Below are positions 62,947-64,000 of a stretch of DNA of 64,000 nucleotides, piece after piece (within the stretch, counting starts at the first letter, position 1; every line of letters starts with the position of its first letter). The position numbers and the translations under genes are program-made. This DNA is from a virus (Duplodnaviria; Caudoviricetes), in IMG/VR virus record IMGVR_UViG_3300046460_000097; one strand, 5' to 3'. The notes below the pieces were generated by a model. It worked only from the letters and a program-made list of their open reading frames with translations, searched no databases and was not told the DNA's origin.

Positions 62947-63204
62947 ATGTCCGCTAACAAAGAAGAAATAGACCGCCGAAACAAAGTAAGGGCGTGGTTA
63001 GAGACCCGCGGGAATACTTGTCTGGCGGGGATTGCCTCGGCACTGTTTACGACTGTTCACGATACCAAAGGTGGCATCACCATGCTTGCGCACGGTTATC
63101 TTGATGCTGCCGGCAATCAGAGCTGGTTCGAGCTCAATGTGCTCGACCATGATTTGGTAGTTCTTGAGTTGCTCAGCCGGACCAGCTCTGAAGATCCAGA
63201 TTAA
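62947..63204 (+). CDS. Hypothetical protein
   Basis: ATG 62947 after AAGGAG, 85 aa. Confidence 0.6.
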   Translation: MSANKEEIDRRNKVRAWLETRGNTCLAGIASALFTTVHDTKGGITMLAHGYLDAAGNQSWFELNVLDHDLVVLELLSRTSSEDPD

Positions 63205-63232
63205 GTTGTAGTTTGCTTCACATCTATATTAC
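63201..63232 (+). promoter_or_regulatory. Bipartite early-type promoter (copy C)
   Basis: TTAAGTTGTA-N12-TCTATATTAC, same spacing as copies A and B. Confidence 0.7.
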
Positions 63233-63284
63233 CCGGGTAGTTGTAACAACACTCTTTCTTACACGTTTCTAAAAGGATACAACT

Positions 63285-64000
63285 GTGGACCAGGTCAAGA
63301 ATCCAGTTAAGCTTTACATTACCGCAACCGAAGCTCGTGGTCTTGCAGCCATGGAGCATTACCAGTCGCGTGAACTGACCGACGTTGAGAAGGTCATCAA
63401 ACACATCTGGACTGTTTCCCGTATGGCGAACAGCACGGTTGCAGAACGTGGCGAGAAGAAGAAGGAAGTTGACTTCACTGTCAAGACCCTGCTCGACTTC
63501 TGCGGTGACGATCGTCTGGCTAGCCGTATTGAGCTGGCCGCCTACAGTCCTGAGATCATGAAGGACTTGCTGGCGGTTTACCCGATGGTCGAGTTCGAAG
63601 ATCTCATCTGCCAGAGAGTTACTTTGGCACCGTTGGCCTTTGCACACGCCGCTGGTTATTCCTTCGCGCAGGTTAAAGGTTTCGCTGAGTGGTTGTTGTC
63701 GTTCTATGCCGTGTTGGAGAAGCTTCCTAAGGGCGTAGAAACGTACATCGGTACACCACAGACCGACTACATCGGTTTGAAGGGTGTGTGGCTCAGAACG
63801 CAAGACAAGAAGTTCCTGGGCTATGTGCTGAACCCGGTCACCCAAACACAAATCAATGGGCTGTTCGGGCTGCAACGTATCCCGGGTGGGATGATCTCTC
63901 CGATCGATACCATCCAGCGGCTGGAGCTGTACAAGGAACCGGATCTGTACCGCCGGGTTCAAGTAGAGGCACCAGTTACCAAGTTCAAACTGACGTTTCC
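63285..64000 (+). CDS. Hypothetical protein, partial (runs off the window)
   Basis: GTG 63285 after AAGGA; frame reads open to the window end (MDQVKNPVKLYITATEARG...). Confidence 0.65.
   Translation, partial: MDQVKNPVKLYITATEARGLAAMEHYQSRELTDVEKVIKHIWTVSRMANSTVAERGEKKKEVDFTVKTLLDFCGDDRLASRIELAAYSPEIMKDLLAVYPMVEFEDLICQRVTLAPLAFAHAAGYSFAQVKGFAEWLLSFYAVLEKLPKGVETYIGTPQTDYIGLKGVWLRTQDKKFLGYVLNPVTQTQINGLFGLQRIPGGMISPIDTIQRLELYKEPDLYRRVQVEAPVTKFKLTF

Noticed and set aside
1-64000. CRISPR array, tRNA/rRNA genes, transposases
   Set aside because: No regularly spaced repeats, cloverleafs or transposase motifs were seen by eye. A tRNAscan-SE/Infernal run would be needed to exclude them fully.
61964-64000. 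Minus-strand ORFs at the window end (e.g. 62193-62984, 63201-63962)
   Set aside because: They are antisense to RBS-bearing plus-strand genes, including an open frame from 63285 that the track missed because it lacks a stop in the window.

Overview
This window comes from a phiKZ-like nucleus-forming jumbo phage genome (Chimalliviridae-type), recognised from enzyme motifs and gene order. I cannot assign the exact phage or host. Bases 1-44,000 are mostly conserved core genes: head and virion proteins, a DnaB-like helicase, the major capsid protein, a non-virion RNAP beta-like subunit, a probable portal, baseplate/fibre paralogs, RuvC, a central spike and an SbcC ATPase. This part also holds a probable holin plus an overlapping i-/o-spanin pair. 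Bases 44,000-64,000 are an accessory region punctuated by TATATTAC/TACATTAT promoters. It encodes a tandem nucleotidyltransferase pair, an NAD-dependent ligase, a PNPase-like KH fusion, RNase H, a DHH phosphoesterase next to an Acb1-like 2H phosphoesterase, and several interleaved paralog families. Top leads: (1) two homologous glycine-zipper membrane-protein genes 36 kb apart, each a terminator-insulated unit under a near-identical bipartite promoter; (2) an adjacent DHH + Acb1-like pair that may degrade immune signals; (3) an active + degenerate NTase pair; (4) a PNPase-type KH domain with a broken GxxG loop; (5) a structured leader that pairs over a translation start region. I saw no tRNA, rRNA, CRISPR array, transposase, intron or intein. 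phiKZ gene-number equivalences are from recalled synteny, not from a search.
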